64,000 nucleotides of DNA, from contig JBLDXI010000025.1 of the NCBI GenBank assembly GCA_047495785.1, positions 1,674,001 through 1,738,000 of the forward strand, read 5' to 3'. This document shows, in pieces, positions 22,025 through 33,992 of this stretch. The stretch is from Lepidodermella squamata. Its lineage: Eukaryota > Animalia > Gastrotricha. The notes beneath the pieces were generated by a model. That model saw nothing but the letters and a program-made list of their open reading frames with translations. It searched no databases and was not told the origin of the DNA. The translations under genes and the position numbers were made by a program. How positions within the stretch are numbered: the first letter of the stretch is position 1; each line of letters begins with the position of its first letter.

Positions 22025-22539
22025 GACGAATGTTAGAAGCGATTAGTGTCAATTGACGATGGTATGAAAGTCGGCTTGATTTATAAGGTGCACTTAGGCA
22101 TCGGTTGCTAATTGAGCAGGCATCTGGCTTGAAATCGACACCCTGACTATATAAGCGCCATCCATAATTACAACTATTTGAGACTCTCTCCATACCATCG
22201 AAGCGACCAAGGACATATCGCATTTACAGCTTCCTGTATCAACTAAAATAAGCTAAAATAGACGACCCAGTTGAACTTGGGCACAACTTCGGGTCTAATT
22301 AGAGCCAGGATCGATGCGAATGGAATTTCCCGGCCCGCATCACGGATTAACCGGATAAACCGGATAATAAGTTGGCATTCCTCTTTGATTAGAAATTAGC
22401 TCATCATGTTTCCAATTAAATATCCCAGTCACGAGGTCATAAGCTACTAAATTGATCGTACAACTTGCACGATTGTTTCATCATACAACTTTATTCCGTC
22501 TTCAAGAAAAACCTACTGAATTAGAATTTATAGGTGGCT

Positions 22540-22776
22540 ATGCAGCGATTCTCTTGCATTCTAGTTGTTGCCTTCTTTGCTATGACCATCTTGTCTGCTT
22601 CAGCTGAAGAGACCTATGAACACGAAGATGAGCACGGCGACGACGCAAATGGCGGCATCGATGATAGGAAAAGGTCTCAAAATCAACAGAGCGGCCAAGC
22701 CAAGCATGAAGGATTGCGCCTGTTCAAAAATGCTGCACGCCAGCCAGTTATCCTCATGCGACCGAACTACTTCTGA
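22540..22776 (+). CDS. Prepropeptide: signal, acidic spacer, RKR site, ~33-aa basic peptide
   Basis: MQRFSCILVVAFFAMTILSASA-EETYEHEDEHGDDANGGIDD-RKR-SQNQQSGQAKHEGLRLFKNAARQPVILMRPNYF. Confidence 0.75.
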   Translation: MQRFSCILVVAFFAMTILSASAEETYEHEDEHGDDANGGIDDRKRSQNQQSGQAKHEGLRLFKNAARQPVILMRPNYF

Positions 22777-23224
22777 TCTCCAGAAATCGAAGTTTGATTT
22801 GAATCACTCAGTCATTAGCAGCAATAAGTTAATATAACGATATATTTTTCGGTGTTTTTCTGACTGAAGTGAAAACAGTCCGATGTTAAAAACCAGCTTT
22901 AACCGGCTTGGTTGAATTCGCGGCGTGTTGTCTTGAGTTTGTCATCTCTCTTTCTCATCTTGCATGTTGTCAGCTGTAACCTATGTCCAGGTTATGATTA
23001 TTAGCCGTTAATGAGCTGCTATCAATGTTTGTATCGAAGTTTAGCGGGGGACACCCTCTTATTTCCAGCTCCCCCACTTTTCTGTCGGGTTCACATTTTC
23101 CTAATAGATTTTGCCTGAGAAATTGTCTTTAAGGTTTATTTGATAATAAATAATGACGAAAATTCATCTTCACGACTCATCTCGACAAATAGATGAATAA
23201 TGATTAGTGCATTGTCGGATGAAA

Positions 23225-23662
23225 TCAAAAGCAATACGATGAGTGCAATGTGCTGTCGCGGACGAAGTCGCTCAGGTAATTAGCCTGCTGAGCCAATAAT
23301 TCAGGCGTTGGTTCATTATCCGTCGATTTCACGCTGCGTAGGTACGCCGCAGCTTCTGCGCACGCATATCGCAGTGCTATGCTGCAGCGAGCTGCTTTCG
23401 ACGTGGCCATTACAAAGTTGTGAACTCGAGCGCGGTTGGGAGCATGTATTATTCGATCAATATTCTCAGGCCGTGCTAGTTCGATTTGAATTTGAAGTGC
23501 GGAACAATAGCGATTCCTAAAATCCTCTAAGCGTTGAAGGGCATATGGAGCGAATGATGAGTAGTAGGTATTCTCGAACGAAATTTCAACTCCTTCCTCA
23601 GCCCGAAGAGACATGAATCTGCCGGAAAAAGCCAGCAAAGCGAAAACTACAGCGTGCATCAT
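23225..23662 (-). CDS. Secreted 4-Cys protein, family A member 2 (intronless)
   Basis: Signal peptide, SFENTYY (shared with member 1), FRNRYC-x39-C-x7-C-x42-C. Confidence 0.85.
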   Translation of the reverse strand: MMHAVVFALLAFSGRFMSLRAEEGVEISFENTYYSSFAPYALQRLEDFRNRYCSALQIQIELARPENIDRIIHAPNRARVHNFVMATSKAARCSIALRYACAEAAAYLRSVKSTDNEPTPELLAQQANYLSDFVRDSTLHSSYCF

Positions 23663-24300
23663 CTCAAGACTGTTTACTTAGAGAAGTGAATAAAAACAAA
23701 TCAAGTGTACCACGGTACCACAGTTAGCTTACCTACGTCACGCCTAATGGTGGACAAGACAACGGCTTAGATACGGCTTTTAGAATAATCCATATCCCGA
23801 GGATATTGCTATTGATCATGTCTACCTCAAACGGAAGGAGAGTTCTGGATAGAGAGGGTGGGCGTAGTGTTGTGGACACGGAACTGCCGCATCCCCTGAA
23901 GGTTTGAGTTTTGTCCTTTGTATGAAATGTGATATACGTATAAGGACACAACAGTTGAAATATCGTGTTCTTTTATTAATGTACAAAGATCTATGCATTG
24001 CGTAGCGACGCCGGGATTGAACATCATAACAATAGAACCCGAATTGAACCTTTTCAGCTGACATCTAGCCAGCAAATTTTATTTCGAAAATAAGGACCGC
24101 CTGGAAAAATCAGCTGATTTTACCGTAATAAAGTAATGGTTCCATTGTTAAAAAGTTTTATTCAATCTCGGCGTCACTATCGTACAAAATGGATGCTAAT
24201 GGTGTGAATAGAGCGTAAATGGTGGTAACAGAAAATATGGTGACCCAAGACCCAAGCCAAGGGAGTATATGAATTTATTTATCAATTTATTGAATCTTGC

Positions 24301-24806
24301 TCAACTTCGACCGTTGCTTCTAGTATGGTGCATCGCCGGAACGCAGTAACTGGCGAATAAGTTGACATCTTTACCAAAGGCGTCCATGTACCGTTTTGCG
24401 CTTTCGATGTGTTGCGGAGATGCTGCTGCATAGACCGGCGCCATTTCAATGGCAACAAAAGCCTTCGCACAGACGTAACGCCTAATAGCATAGCATTTCA
24501 TCGCTTTTGACGAAGTCTGGGCAGTTAAAAGCGGCAAATAATTCTCAAACGGTGTCTCCAATAGCTCTACGTGGTCTTGAGCGGGAAGTTGTGAACAGTG
24601 ACGCTTGCGAAATGCCTCCGCATAGCTGGCTGGATTCTTATGATTTGCTTGATGAAAGCTTTGCGAAATCTGTAAAATATAATAATTGTATAAATGATTA
24701 GCCGATTGCGATGAAATCAGCATACCAATCCATTTCTTAAGACGGATCTATGCCCATGAGCTACGCTGCATATCATCAAAGCTAGAAAGAAACAGACTGT
24801 AACCAT
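24301..24806 (-). CDS. Secreted 4-Cys protein, family A member 3 (intron 24670-24725)
   Basis: Exon 1 MVTVCFFLALMICSVAHGHRSVLRNGL splices in phase 0 to ...FRKRHC-x33-CYAIRRYVCAKA-...-YC. Confidence 0.85.
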
Positions 24807-25251
24807 CTTTAGGCGAAATAAAACAAATGATCATTGAAAGATGCAGTATAAATGAGCGCCTGCTATAACGCGTTGGAGGTTGGGACGTGACATTATCGGC
24901 TCGACGAGAAATAATTTCAATGTAAAACTCCGCTTTTGGAAATCGATACGAGCCCACATAGCACGGCTCATACAGTTTCGACACTCCTTCGAGCACTAGC
25001 CACCCCCCGAGTTTGATCGATCTTGAACGTGGCGAAAGCAACTCGGCGCCATCAAATTAGCAGTGGTCATTTCACCTTCTGAGCTGGTCAACTGGTTTAG
25101 AAATTGAGGGCGTTGAGCAGTGAGCAGCTTAATTCAATTCAAACAACGCAATTTTCTTAATCCCAAAACGCGGGGATGAACTTTATTTTTTGAAAATCTA
25201 AACATAGCCTAGCCTCTGCGGAAGATGATCCTTTGATTTCAATTTGAGATG

Positions 25252-25704
25252 CTAATAAGATATACGGTCATACGTAGGTTTTGTGTCGAGAATACAATAA
25301 TTTGAGTAAAACTTCACATCTTTGAGGTAAGCTTCGACAAAACGGAAAATTGTCCGCCATTTTGTTGATCCACCGAGATACTTGGTGTTGAGAATACTTA
25401 ACAGGTAAGCCTTTGCGCAAACGTATCTCTTGATTCCAAAGCATTTACCAGATCGTGAGCGAATTGTTTTAAGGTAGCCCAAGTAGCTAGCAAAAGGTAA
25501 CTCCAGCATCTCCATGTGATCTCCGACAGTGAATATTTCGCAGTGGCGACGTCTAAATGACATGGCTCGCTGTTGGGCTTCATTTAGGCCTTTCCGAGAG
25601 TAAAATTTATAGCCTAGATTTGACGTGTTGAGAGGAGGCGATATTGAATGAGCGCAGCAAATAATCCCGAGCAGGGCAGCAGAAACGGCTACTGTCGCAT
25701 TCAT
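25252..25704 (-). CDS. Secreted 4-Cys protein, family A member 4 (intronless)
   Basis: Signal peptide, FRRRHC-x32-CFGIKRYVCAKA...KDVKFYSNYC. Confidence 0.88.
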   Translation of the reverse strand: MNATVAVSAALLGIICCAHSISPPLNTSNLGYKFYSRKGLNEAQQRAMSFRRRHCEIFTVGDHMEMLELPFASYLGYLKTIRSRSGKCFGIKRYVCAKAYLLSILNTKYLGGSTKWRTIFRFVEAYLKDVKFYSNYCILDTKPTYDRISY

Positions 25705-26346
25705 TGCCTCGACAATAATTTTTCAAATTATGATTAGGTAATAAAAAAAGTAATGGCGATGAACACGTTGCCTGTTGGTCTTGTGATCGCTGCATGTTTC
25801 GACGAAGCCGCTCTAAGCGGAGGATAATAGCGTAGACTCCTACAGGATAGCTATCAAATAGCTCCACCCCTGCAAATGTTTAGTCATGTAGTATCACACA
25901 TATCACTTCGCGTGCGTAATTCTTATTTTAATGCTCCGCATCTCGAACAACCCCGTGACGTCCACACGCTTAGTAATCGATATGTTTTTTTCCCACTTCA
26001 AACTCGAGTAACACCGCAGGTTATAGCTTAAGAAGATATCCTTCTGATTTAACTTCTTCGCACTTGAAGTCACATTGGAATGCAATCAAGCAAAAGCTAA
26101 ATCAAATCCCGTACTCACGAGGAATCCATGCTATTAAAAGCGGGGTGGAAATCACTATTTTTGACCGGAAGAAATATTTCTCAAGTAGCTCACCCTAGAT
26201 CCAGTAACTCAATCCATCTTTTATTTATTTGAAATAAAAATATGAACAACATGAAATGAGAAAAAGGGTTAGGTTTTGCGACGCAGCTGATTACTAGGCG
26301 CGCTTGAAGCCGTCGTAGGTATACACATGGAAATAAGACGAAAAAT

Positions 26347-26884
26347 TTAAGCTTTTGCTATTACATTCATGCAGTAGTGTGAGTATTGATGTATATCTTT
26401 AAAGAAGTTGTCGATGAAACGTTTCGAGGAAGCAGCTTCTTTGGCGCTCAGCGTGGGCAACAATTCGATAACTACGTACGCCTTGGCACATACGTGCCTT
26501 TTAATTGTGTGGCATTTAGCTTGGCGTGAGCTTGACTTCACGGACTGGAGATACTCGACATACTTATCGAAAGGCATTTCTAGCATTTTCTGATGATCGG
26601 CAGCCGGTAGAGATGCGCAGTAGCGGCGCCGAAACATCTCGGCATACGTAACTGAATTCAGCCGGCTGCCTGTCCTTGGCGATAGGATCTGAGGTGCATA
26701 ATCGCTGTTTCTATCCTAAGAAAATGGGTTAAAAATGAGAAAAAAAATCGATAATTCCTCCGTAGAAACTCACTATCGGGGAGATTTCTATGTCTGCTTG
26801 AGATGAGCTGTCCAAACTAGCCGAGGCCATAAGACATAAACTTGAGGCGAGACTCAGCCAGTGGACGGATATCAACGGCGTCAT
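26347..26884 (-). CDS. Secreted 4-Cys protein, family A member 5 (intron 26716-26773)
   Basis: Exon 1 MTPLISVHWLSLASSLCLMASA... splices in phase 0 to FRRRYC-x34-CHTIKRHVCAKA...KDIHQYSHYC. Confidence 0.85.
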
Positions 26885-28137
26885 TTTCGCATGAATAAGT
26901 GCTTGTTGTAACTACAATAGGATGATAAAAAATAAGTCTAATTGACTTTCATACCCTATTTACACCGTGACAATCGCGACCCACGCGACCACTAATTACT
27001 AATTAATAATTCATGCTTAAATGGTTTCCTGAGCGGCCCAAGTTACTGCTAAGCAAGAAAAAACAACACTAAATACTAGTCCAGTGCGATATAAGTGACC
27101 AAAAGCATAACGCTGAATGAGTTCGCTATTAAATATTTCGCGGTAGTCATGGATATAAAATCATTTCCTAATTGAAGAGCAATTTGTGATAATTAATGTA
27201 AGAAATCAGGATGGATTGATGACAGTGTCATGCAGCACCAATCAAGCAATTAATGGCGAGCGTAGGTTAGAGGGGGCAAGTTCGCGATTGCCACTTGCTG
27301 AGATTAAGAAGAATTAGGCCAATTCAATAGCTCAACTATATTACTCACTACAACTGACGAGTGCAATCAAGTGGCTGGTTATACGAAATAGTATTACTGC
27401 CCAATATGAGGAAGCCGGATTAAAGAGCAGGAAATAAATTTCTCACGATTTCTGTATATAATGCTGCCGAAGACCGGAACGCTGTGGGTGAGCGTAAAAA
27501 GAAACATTTGTGCAGCTTACAACCTATCTACAACTCTACAGCTTACAATATACCCCTGATAGCTTCTACGTGTATAGTAACCTAAATTAGAATGTTTTGG
27601 AAAGGACAATTCAATTGAGACGACTGAAGGACGGCAAAGTTATTTAGCCTCCGGAAAGTAGCCTCTTGAGGCTCTTGAGCATGAAGTGCAGAGAGCACTG
27701 GGCGACCAGAGTAGGATTCAAGAGCAGCCGAATCCACGGCATTCTGATCATCAGATCAATCCATGCAGTAAGCGATCCAGCACACTGTCATTGAATAAGT
27801 AGGCGCAAAATACATCATTTTCTGATTGATTCGGTTTTCAGTGGCTTTATACTCTGATGGCGCACCTCGCTTCGGGATTTTCACAGCTTTCAGAGTTAAT
27901 GACCTGGCGGAAATGACGTTGCCGCATGGATGGATTACCTGGCAATTCGGAATCATTTGATTTTCGCATATTTGCGAAACAAGGATGCATCCGGTGAGCA
28001 CGTTTAAAGCAAAAACTATCCTTGCCTCTGACAGGGAAATCAGAAATAATGACTGATGAAAACCAAACTTGCTGATTCATTTAATCGAAGATCATTGTAA
28101 GGATTCATAAAATGATGAGACAATATATAAAGAATGA

Positions 28138-28732
28138 TCAATCCATCTTTCGCCTTTGTGGCTTGAATAACATTGTTAGATTAGTCGCTTGAAGTCTTGA
28201 ACCTTGGGAAGGAATTCGTGGCCCCGAAAACCTGCCTCCACCACAATAGGCTGCATATAGTTTGACGTCTTTAATAAAAGATCCGACGAATCGCCGTGAC
28301 GCCCAAACGTGGCTGCGTGCCATGGCTGGTGTCAAATCGCTGACAACTTGAGATTTGCCGCAAACATATCGCATCATAGACTGACAACGTTCCTCTTTTG
28401 ATGAAGTTGTTATCAACGTTTTGAAGAAGTCGTCATAACTGACTTCGACCATTCCAGCGTAGTCTTTTGCAGTAAATTTCCCGCAATGTCGCTTTCGGAA
28501 TGTATCAGCATAAAGAGATATTGCGTTTGTCTTGAAATCATTATGATTTCGCTAGGGCAAAGTTGAACAAATTAAAAGGAAAAATGTGGGGTGAAAAGCA
28601 TACTGCATTCTGAGGCACGGCTACGTCTGCTTCTGACCCTTCTTTGCTTTGGTCGATGGTCTCCAAGCTTTGATTCGGAGCCAACGCATCGGCTCTCAGG
28701 ACGAAGAATAAAATCATAGCATATTTTAGCAT
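28138..28732 (-). CDS. Secreted 4-Cys protein, family A member 6 (intron 28552-28603)
   Basis: Exon 1 MLKYAMILFFVLRADA... splices in phase 0 to FRKRHC-x32-CQSMMRYVCGKS...KDVKLYAAYC, followed by a basic tail. Confidence 0.85.
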
Positions 28733-29957
28733 TCCTCAAGTTAAATTCCTATATAGAAAGAATGTCGCGCGCATTCAATTTAAGAGATTTGCTAACACAT
28801 TATAAAAAATCGACATTCTGAGATAAATAGGAAAAGAGACTTAAGAAGCGTGGGAGTTTCTTTCCTATCTGTTCAGACGGATAACAAAAAACAAAGGGCA
28901 CGCCAAATTATACGTCATAATAGCCGAAATTAGGAAAAACCATTTAAATTCCAATTCACTTGAAGTAAGTATGCGAAGCTGCGAATCTGATAAAATATTC
29001 AATAAAATTTCGAGAGAGAGAGAGACTGCATGTGACATGATGACCGCTGAGGGCAAGCGACGCGTGGGAAATTTAGCAGAATTCATGCACCAGAAATGCA
29101 ATGCATAGCTGTGTGATGAAAGAAAACGATACCTAGAAGTTGAACGATCAAAAATAATTGAATTTACGAATTCCCAAAGCAGCAAACGATGTATTTCATC
29201 CTCGCAAGTGTGGGAGTATAATTCTTATTGCTCTTGAAAATAATGAGAAATCTGTTTACCGATGTTGACACCTGTCCGGTTAATGAGGGATTATTCAGAG
29301 CGAAAAAAATCGCCGATTCCTCGCCAAGCGCGATGGACCAATTTAATAGAATGGGAAACCGTGAATTTGATAGCCAGCGGCTTCTGTGTCTTTTATTTTT
29401 TTCACATTTTATCCCGAAGGCTTTCTTCTCATCATTAAATCATTTTCCGTAGAAAAGTTTACCGGAGGTCATTCATAATGCGAAGGTGTCATGATTATCA
29501 CGGTGATGCTTTCTAGGCAACGGATTTCCCTGAAGGCTCCATTTGACTTGATAGTATTCTGACGCCGAGGAGTTGTCTTTAACAGTTGCCGGAGGCTGTC
29601 ATTTTTCGCCATGTCATCAAAACGAGGATTACTAAATTTATTTGCACTTGAAGGTATTTACATGCAACTTTTGTCTTACATTGTGAATTAATGTCCTTGG
29701 GTTTGATTGATCGCAAAAAAAGGCTTTCCGTCGAGGCTGTTTAAGTGCAGCTTCCTACTCGTTTACATTAAACGAATGAGGTAAAAGTGACTGAAACCGG
29801 GAATCGCACCGGACTGTTTATCGCGTGTTTACCAATTACTTAATAGACTGTACTTACTTTGAGTTAAGAATTTGAAATGTGATTGACACTTGTATGGTTT
29901 TCAGTACATCAACCTGGAAAGAACAGGCTATATATTTCTCAGTCAACCATCGCGGAA

Positions 29958-30452
29958 ATGGCATATTTGAAAATGTCAATTACAGCATTTTTTATAATTT
30001 TCTTGGTCCTTGAAATCCTTCATCAAGGGCGGAAATGTAATGCGGCACCGATAGAAGCAAAAACAAATTTATCTTCTATTAAGGATGACCCATTCGTCAG
30101 GTATGAATTTCAGAATTTTTTCGCAATCTTCACCCAACTAATCATATTTTTTATTAGCCATTGCCCAGCAACGTGTGGCTACACTGAAGGAAACCCAGCT
30201 TTGGAGTCACTGAACAAGCAGCTTATGGCAATGATGAAAATCTTCTACCCTCATCTGGCTGAAGGCCTCATGCGATACCGCAGCAAAGATGCGTGCATGA
30301 ACGACTGCATTTGTTCGGCATACTGCTCGATGTTCGAGCTGATAGTTGAGATGGATTCCAAAAAATGTATATCATCATGCCGAAAGATCGCCCCTATGTC
30401 ATGTTTGGACAATTATTCAGCACAAATAGCAGAACTGCTATTAACTGAATAA
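29958..30452 (+). CDS. Secreted 8-Cys protein, family B member 1 (in-frame intron 30101-30157)
   Basis: Signal peptide, HCPATC...CMNDCICSAYC-x13-CISSC. Confidence 0.85.
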   Translation: MAYLKMSITAFFIIFLVLEILHQGRKCNAAPIEAKTNLSSIKDDPFVRYEFQNFFAIFTQLIIFFISHCPATCGYTEGNPALESLNKQLMAMMKIFYPHLAEGLMRYRSKDACMNDCICSAYCSMFELIVEMDSKKCISSCRKIAPMSCLDNYSAQIAELLLTE

Positions 30453-31087
30453 ATAAACTTAACTGCTTTTGCCGCATTAATTTCAGAACTAGAATCAGGG
30501 TTGAATAAAATGTCGTATTTTGCAAATCGTGGGTTGATGTGGAATCGGGTTTACATTCAATCCAACACCGGATAAGCCGTGATATTAAACAGCGGATTTA
30601 TCTCGTACAAGACTCATTATATAGCGGCTAATGACACCGAGTAAGTCCTAAGTCCAGTCATAGGATATATCCGCTAAACTTTCGGGCGATAAAGTAACAT
30701 CTAACCTTATAAAAAGAAGCATGCTGAAAATACTGCTAGTATATTTCTGGCAGTAAGAAGTGCGCGGGACTTCAGTGTGACCACTCCCGTTAATGATGCC
30801 CCACATTCTTTATCCCACCAATTAATTAAGACTAATAACCATTATTCAGGATTAAAATCGCCCATTTCACGCAAAGGTGTATGTGGGTTGATATTAAAAA
30901 AAGTACTCTTACTTGTCACCTAACAAGCAATTTGACTTAAGTCATCATCTTGAATCATATCTTCGTCCTCCGCAATTCCCATGCGCATTTTATAAGACGC
31001 CAATCCTCGCAGGGATCCGTCATTATCTGAAAGTGATTTTCGTCTATAATCTCTTATTTTCAGCGATATATTTTTTTCTCAAGAGCA

Positions 31088-31567
31088 ATGTACAAGCTAG
31101 TCCTTGTCATTTTTGCCGTTGTGATTTATTCAGTTCTTGCAACGCCTGGCAGCGATCCATTCACTGGGTAAGATACTAACTTGACTTTTAATGACAATAT
31201 TGTTGAATTCGTCTATTTAAATAGTCATTGCGCTAAATCATGCTCTAGTTTGAAACAGCGCATTCCGCCCCGAGGTGGCGAGAAGTTGGCTCTCTCCTCA
31301 GCTAGAGGGGAAGACAAAGCCACGTCTGCCGATGCCAAGACCCCTGAAATGCCTGCAGCGTTTGTCGAGAAGGTTGTCCGAAAATACAGTACCTATGCCG
31401 GATGTATGAACGATTGCATGTGCGCTGCCTACTGCACCGTCCTGGAAGAACTCGCGGACTGGCCTATCGAATCTTGCGCTCCAGTCTGCCGTAGAGCGAA
31501 GCCTTACACTACCGGCGACCGCTTTTTCAAGGAAATGGAGAACTCACTGAGCTCTGGCGCATTTTGA
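31088..31567 (+). CDS. Secreted 8-Cys protein, family B member 2 (intron 31168-31224)
   Basis: MYKLVLVIFAVVIYSVLA signal, HCAKSC...CMNDCMCAAYC-x13-CAPVC...PYTTGDRFFKEME. Confidence 0.88.
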
Positions 31568-31802
31568 ATTATCAAAACCTTAAAACTTCAATTTTAATGC
31601 TCGAAGTTTAGCCACATAGATAAACCAAACAATAGCAAATTTATATTGCTTCACGATAGTCTCATGAGATGTATTCCTCGCTCTCGTAATGTTGAATTAA
31701 TCAGTGAAATAAAGAGTTCAATTTTCTAGAAATTCCAAGTGCACCTGGAACACATGCGTCATTACACAAATCAATCAGCATATTTTTGTCAACATTATTC
31801 AA

Positions 31803-32549
31803 CACTAGAAAAAATTAACCCCTGATCAGGGGTCAGCTGTTTAAACCATTTTGCTGATCAGGACGAAAAAGGGACAACCCCTGATAATCAACTGTCGCCA
31901 GCTGATAATCCCTGTCATTTCAGGCTGATCAGCATGACTTTGCTGATCAGGGGTCAAAAGTGTGCATTCGCTAATTAGCCAAGCGTGCATATGCAAATTA
32001 GGCTGCATGTTCAATTCAGGCTTGCGTCGGAAGGTCCATACTTTCATAAAATAGTATTGTTTCACACGCGAACTCTGTTACTTCACCTGTTAACTTAGCT
32101 ATAGTTGGAAAAATTAGCTATAGTCCTTCTCTCTCTAACAAGTGGCTCTACCAAGTGCCAGCATGAGACCCTGCCATGTTTAGGTAGTTGCCGCGTCCGG
32201 TGGCATATCATACCACCGATGGCATGGATGGCACCAGGGTGGGCGGATCTTGATCAACCGGCTATTCAAAAAAATAATATAAAAATAATAAATGAAAAGG
32301 GCTGCCATTTTCCTAAAAAATTTGAAATTTTACTGAATTTGCTGATCAGCAGCTGATCAGGGGCGCTACAGGTGATTATTATCAGCAAATATTGGAAGCA
32401 AAATGACCCCTGATCAGGGTGAGCTGATTAGGGTTCATTTCAATATAACCCCTGATCAGGGTGCATATTACCCCCTGATCAGCTATAGTAATGACTAGGA
32501 GCTATGACCCCTGATCAGCCCCCTGATCAGGGGTTATTTTTTTCAAGTG
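31803..32549. mobile_element. CACTA/CMC-EnSpm-type non-autonomous DNA transposon, 747 bp
   Basis: Left TIR CACTAGAAAAAATTAACCCCTGATCAGGGG; right TIR (rc) CACTTGAAAAAAATAACCCCTGATCAGGGG. 2-bp AA on both flanks. Many palindromic (CCC)CTGATCAG(GGG) subterminal repeats at both ends. Confidence 0.85.
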
Positions 32550-32889
32550 AACAGTAAATTAGTGAAATTAGTTTTCACCTCGACTGACTTAACAAAATTA
32601 AATGCGTAGTATCCACTTGATCTAGAAATGCTAGGTTAAGTCGATTGCGGTGAGTATAACTGAGACCAAGACTGGTACAACTTCCGATCAAATCTAGCTA
32701 CGGAAATGTAGAAACAAAAGCCGGAAATTAGGCGGGGTGCGTCCTACCTTTCCAGAGTTCAATGTGGCCATCCAGGCGCGTCGATGAATAGCCAAGATCC
32801 CGAACGCCTATAAAAGAGCCCGAGCTTTACAGAAAAAACAAACAACTAAACTTTTCGATTCAGCTTTTAATTTACTAAAATTCAGGAAC

Positions 32890-33256
32890 ATGTCTTCCTC
32901 AGTCAAGGCCGTTTTTTTCGCTACTCTTGTTTCGATGGCTGTAGTTGCTACCACGGTCTCGGCCGCGGGTGGAAACGAGTTCACTAAGTTTGTCATTTGA
33001 GTGATACCTCGTATAATGTGCATAACTGTTTTTCATTAGGCATTGCCCATCGATTTGCAGCGAAGTTCAAGCTTCGCCCCGCAAATTTGACTCTTGCATG
33101 AACAACTGCATGTGTGCCGCCTATTGCGTCATCTTCGATGCTATTGCCGAGTACCCGCTTGCTAGCTGCAACGCTAACTGCATCAAGCTTAAGCCTCACA
33201 CCACTGGTGACGACTTTTTCAACAAGATGGAGGCCTTCCTCAAGCGAAGGAAATAA
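32890..33256 (+). CDS. Secreted 8-Cys protein, family B member 3 (intron 32988-33039); absent from the ORF track
   Basis: MSSSVKAVFFATLVSMAVVATTVSA signal, HCPSIC-x12-CMNNCMCAAYC-x13-CNANC...PHTTGDDFFNKMEAFL. TATAAAAG at ~32809. Confidence 0.9.
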
Positions 33257-33992
33257 ATCTACAACTCTTTAGAGCGTAGGAACTGCCTGTTTAAGAATTA
33301 GCTGCGTGACTAAGACTTGTCTGTATAAATTTCTGAGAAACCACTTTTATCTTTTTAACTTAGTATCCAGGACACTGTAATGTTTGCGGAATAAATTACT
33401 TTTTAAAACATGTATTCCATCGAGGATTATTGTGTTTTGCGACATCAAACTCGATGGTCGAGTCCATAACGTTCGAGAACGCTATTTTGACGATGAAAAT
33501 ATATAATCCCACATAATCTTCACTCAATATAGCGGAAGAGAGTGATTAGCAGCCATTGCAATATCCTTTAAAAGCGCCACAGGATGGATGCTCAACAAGC
33601 GGATAAAAACAACCACAACTTCCTGTCTCAAGAAAAAAATTTCGCAATCATGCAAAAAAGCCATGTGGCTGAGAGGCGTCGAGTGTTTCCCGGTATTGTT
33701 TACACTGAGGGCGAAATATGACGTTTTTTCGATAATTGAGTAACCCCTTATATAATGACGAAGAGTAACCCGAAAAATAGCACTTGATCAACATGCCCAA
33801 GTGATTCTTCAACGAGAGTTACCTCTTTTTGAGCCAGAATACAGGCACCTTTCTATGTCTTCTCGTTCAATACTCAATTAGGAATTTGCAGATTCAAGTG
33901 CTGCTGATTACCATATCACTGTTTACCAAACGTTTAAATGCGATTTTTCGCTGATATAGTTCTAATAACTCATATTTTCACCGTGATTAAAA

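Noticed and set aside
27590-27960. Possible plus-strand spliced gene (LEALEHEVQRALGDQ...)
   Set aside because: In-frame stop upstream, no start or signal peptide, and no similarity to neighbouring families.
31803-32549. Repeated palindrome CCCCTGATCAGGGG resembling a CRISPR or operator array
   Set aside because: Spacing is irregular, the context is eukaryotic, and the repeats lie inside TIR/TSD-bounded transposon ends.
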